Below are positions 62,410 to 64,000 of a stretch of 64,000 nucleotides of DNA, in pieces. This DNA is from an uncultured Actinomycetota bacterium (GTDB taxonomy: Bacteria; Actinomycetota; Actinomycetes; Mycobacteriales; Micromonosporaceae): the NCBI GenBank assembly GCA_963837285.1, contig CAWIMS010000005.1, forward strand, positions 1,844,437 through 1,908,436. Reading direction: 5' to 3'. Both the position numbers and the translations under genes were made by a program. The notes under the pieces are model-generated. The model worked only from the letters and a program-made list of their open reading frames with translations. It was not told the origin of the DNA and made no database searches. Position 1 is the stretch's first letter, and every line of letters starts with the position of its first letter.

Positions 62410-63257
62410 GTGGACATCATCGAAGCCGCATCGGTACCGATGCCGGACGGTGACCTGGAGTGCTGGCAGTCGTGTCTCGCGGTGGCCACGCCAGCGGTGG
62501 CCTGGGTCACCGCGTCCGCCGGTGAGACGCTGACCTACCTGCTGCGTACCGACGACGCCGGGGCCACCTGGACCCCGCAGCTGGCCTGGCACGGCGACCC
62601 GTACCGGGTCACCGCGTTCGGGCCGGACCGGGCCGTGGTCCAGCTGGGTACCTGGGGCGAGGCGCTGGTGAACGGCCAGCCGGTGCCGCCCAGCGGGCGG
62701 CGGGCTGAACTGGCGCACGCCGCGGTCGGCCACACCGTGGACGGCGGCCGGACCTGGATGATGGCCGGGATATAAGCCGCCGGGTCCATCCGCTGCTGAG
62801 CCCGCCGCACTACGCCGACGACGGGAGCGCGGTGATGGTGCTGCGCGCCGACTTCGGGTCGGAGTCCGCACCGACCCCGCCCGCCGCCGGGCTGTACGCC
62901 TACCGGCTGGCCCCCGGCGCGGAGACCTGGTCGGCGCCGGTGAAGTTGCCGACCGTGCGGTCCGGGGAGGGGCCCGACCTGGCCAGCTACGGCCGGGACG
63001 GGCGCCTGTGGGCCGCCTCCGGCCACGACCTGTGGCGCAGCGACGATCCGGGAGGGCCCTGGACGCACACCGTCGTCCCGCTGTCCGCGGACATCTGCAT
63101 CGCGACGATCGGCACCTGCCGCGCGGGAACCGTGTGGCTGGCGACCCGGCCACGGCCGGCAGCAGTGCCACGTCCCCGGCGAGGAACCGGCAGCCGGCTC
63201 TACCACAGCGGCGACGGCGGCGCGTCCTGGCAGGAGATCGCCATCCGGTGCGGCTGA
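62410..63257 (+). pseudogene. BNR/Asp-box beta-propeller gene split by one frameshift
   Basis: ORFs 62410..62775 and 62832..63257 carry SxDxGxTW-type boxes (TDDAGATW, TVDGGRTW, SDDPGGPW, SGDGGASW). The second frame is open back to ~62740, so one indel near 62766-62772 joins them. Confidence 0.5.
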
Positions 63258-63433
63258 CTCCGGCAGGCGGGCAGGGCGACCTGCGAGGTGGCGATGGCCC
63301 TGTCAGCGTCGGCAATGCTGGCCTGCCGGAGATCGCCTTTGCGCCGGTACCGCGAGCGCGCCAGACTGAGCCTGTGGCCAGTGTCGACAGACCAGGGAAC
63401 GGAACAGTTCCCGGGCGTGCCGCGCGACGCTGG

Positions 63434-64000
63434 TTGTCCATCGGTACCGCTGCCGCGGAGCCGGACCCACAGCGGGCCGGTCGGCGCGCGGCCCTCCAGG
63501 CCATAACGGGTGCACAGGTACGACTGCTGATGGTGTTCTGCGCGGGACGCCACGACCCGGCGGCGGTACTGGCCGGCATCGGAGAGGTCGCGGCGGGGGT
63601 ACCGCTGATCGGTTGCTCCTCGCGTACGGTGATCGGCGCGGACGGTGCCAGCGATGACGCGGTGGTCGTGGTAGCGCTGGGCGGTCCCGGCTTCACCGCC
63701 CGCACCGCCGTCGGGTACAGCGCGACAGCTGCCCAGCGCCAGGCCGGTGCGCAGGCAGCCGCGTGCGCCAAGACCATCGGCGCCACCGGCGACAACCGCC
63801 ACCGCGTCCTGGTCTTGCTGACCGACGGTCTCGCGCCCCATCAGGAGGAGATCATCGCGGGCGTGTACGGGGTGGTAGGCGCCTCTGTGCCGCTGGTGGG
63901 TGGATCAGCGACCCCCGACCCGCTGTCCGGAGCAACGTTCCAGCTCTGCGACGACAAGGCGTACACCGACGCCGTCGTCGGCGCGGAGATCATCTCGGAC
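63434..64000 (+). CDS. FIST-domain sensory protein, 3'-truncated by window edge
   Basis: An open frame without a stop to the window end (not in the ORF track). It reads ..RLLMVFCAGRHDPAAVLAGIGEVAAGVPLIGCSSRTVIG...VVVVALGG...HRVLVLLTDGLAPHQEEIIAGVY...VPLVGGSA, a FIST_N-like pattern. Start uncertain (TTG 63434 or ATG 63530). Confidence 0.6.
   Translation, partial: MSIGTAAAEPDPQRAGRRAALQAITGAQVRLLMVFCAGRHDPAAVLAGIGEVAAGVPLIGCSSRTVIGADGASDDAVVVVALGGPGFTARTAVGYSATAAQRQAGAQAAACAKTIGATGDNRHRVLVLLTDGLAPHQEEIIAGVYGVVGASVPLVGGSATPDPLSGATFQLCDDKAYTDAVVGAEIISD

Noticed and set aside
62356-63795. 479-aa ORF on the - strand
   Set aside because: It is antisense to the BNR-box gene fragments and the FIST gene. 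It is Pro/Arg/Ala-rich with no motifs.

Overview
High-GC actinobacterial DNA, almost entirely coding. All calls come from reading the supplied ORF translations and the sequence by eye; no database search was possible. The window holds three specialised-metabolite loci placed back to back, followed by a decayed, possibly mobile right flank. (1) nt 1-15,000: a fatty acyl-AMP ligase, carrier proteins and one Cys-specific NRPS module (TubC-type docking domain, Cy, A with an embedded methyltransferase, PCP). It also has a type II thioesterase, a saccharopine-dehydrogenase-like reductase, two P450s, a kinase and an orphan small LanB (PEARL-like) protein. (2) nt 19,600-34,800: LuxR and SARP regulators plus an aromatic type II PKS set (KS-alpha, CLF, ACP, KR, ARO/CYC) with tailoring genes, including a flavin-dependent halogenase and its flavin reductase. 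(3) nt 36,200-51,200: a thiopeptide/pyritide-class RiPP cluster in two divergent, translationally coupled operons. These encode a fused E1-YcaO, ThiF-like proteins, two SagB-type dehydrogenases, a split LanB and two LanB-C-like proteins. The 56-aa precursor has a leader end resembling GE2270/thiomuracin precursors, but its core SFVLPPLLCCSCYCC has no azole-forming residue in macrocycle positions 2-8. This is my best candidate for something new. (4) nt 51,000-64,000: an AfsR-like regulator, two frameshifted genes, a pair of small paralogous ORFs, a tRNA-Arg(CCT) 3' fragment next to lsr2, a cold-shock gene and a FIST gene running off the edge. No transporter, integrase, transposase, rRNA, intact tRNA or CRISPR array was seen. 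Many long ORFs in the track are antisense shadows typical of high-GC DNA and were rejected.
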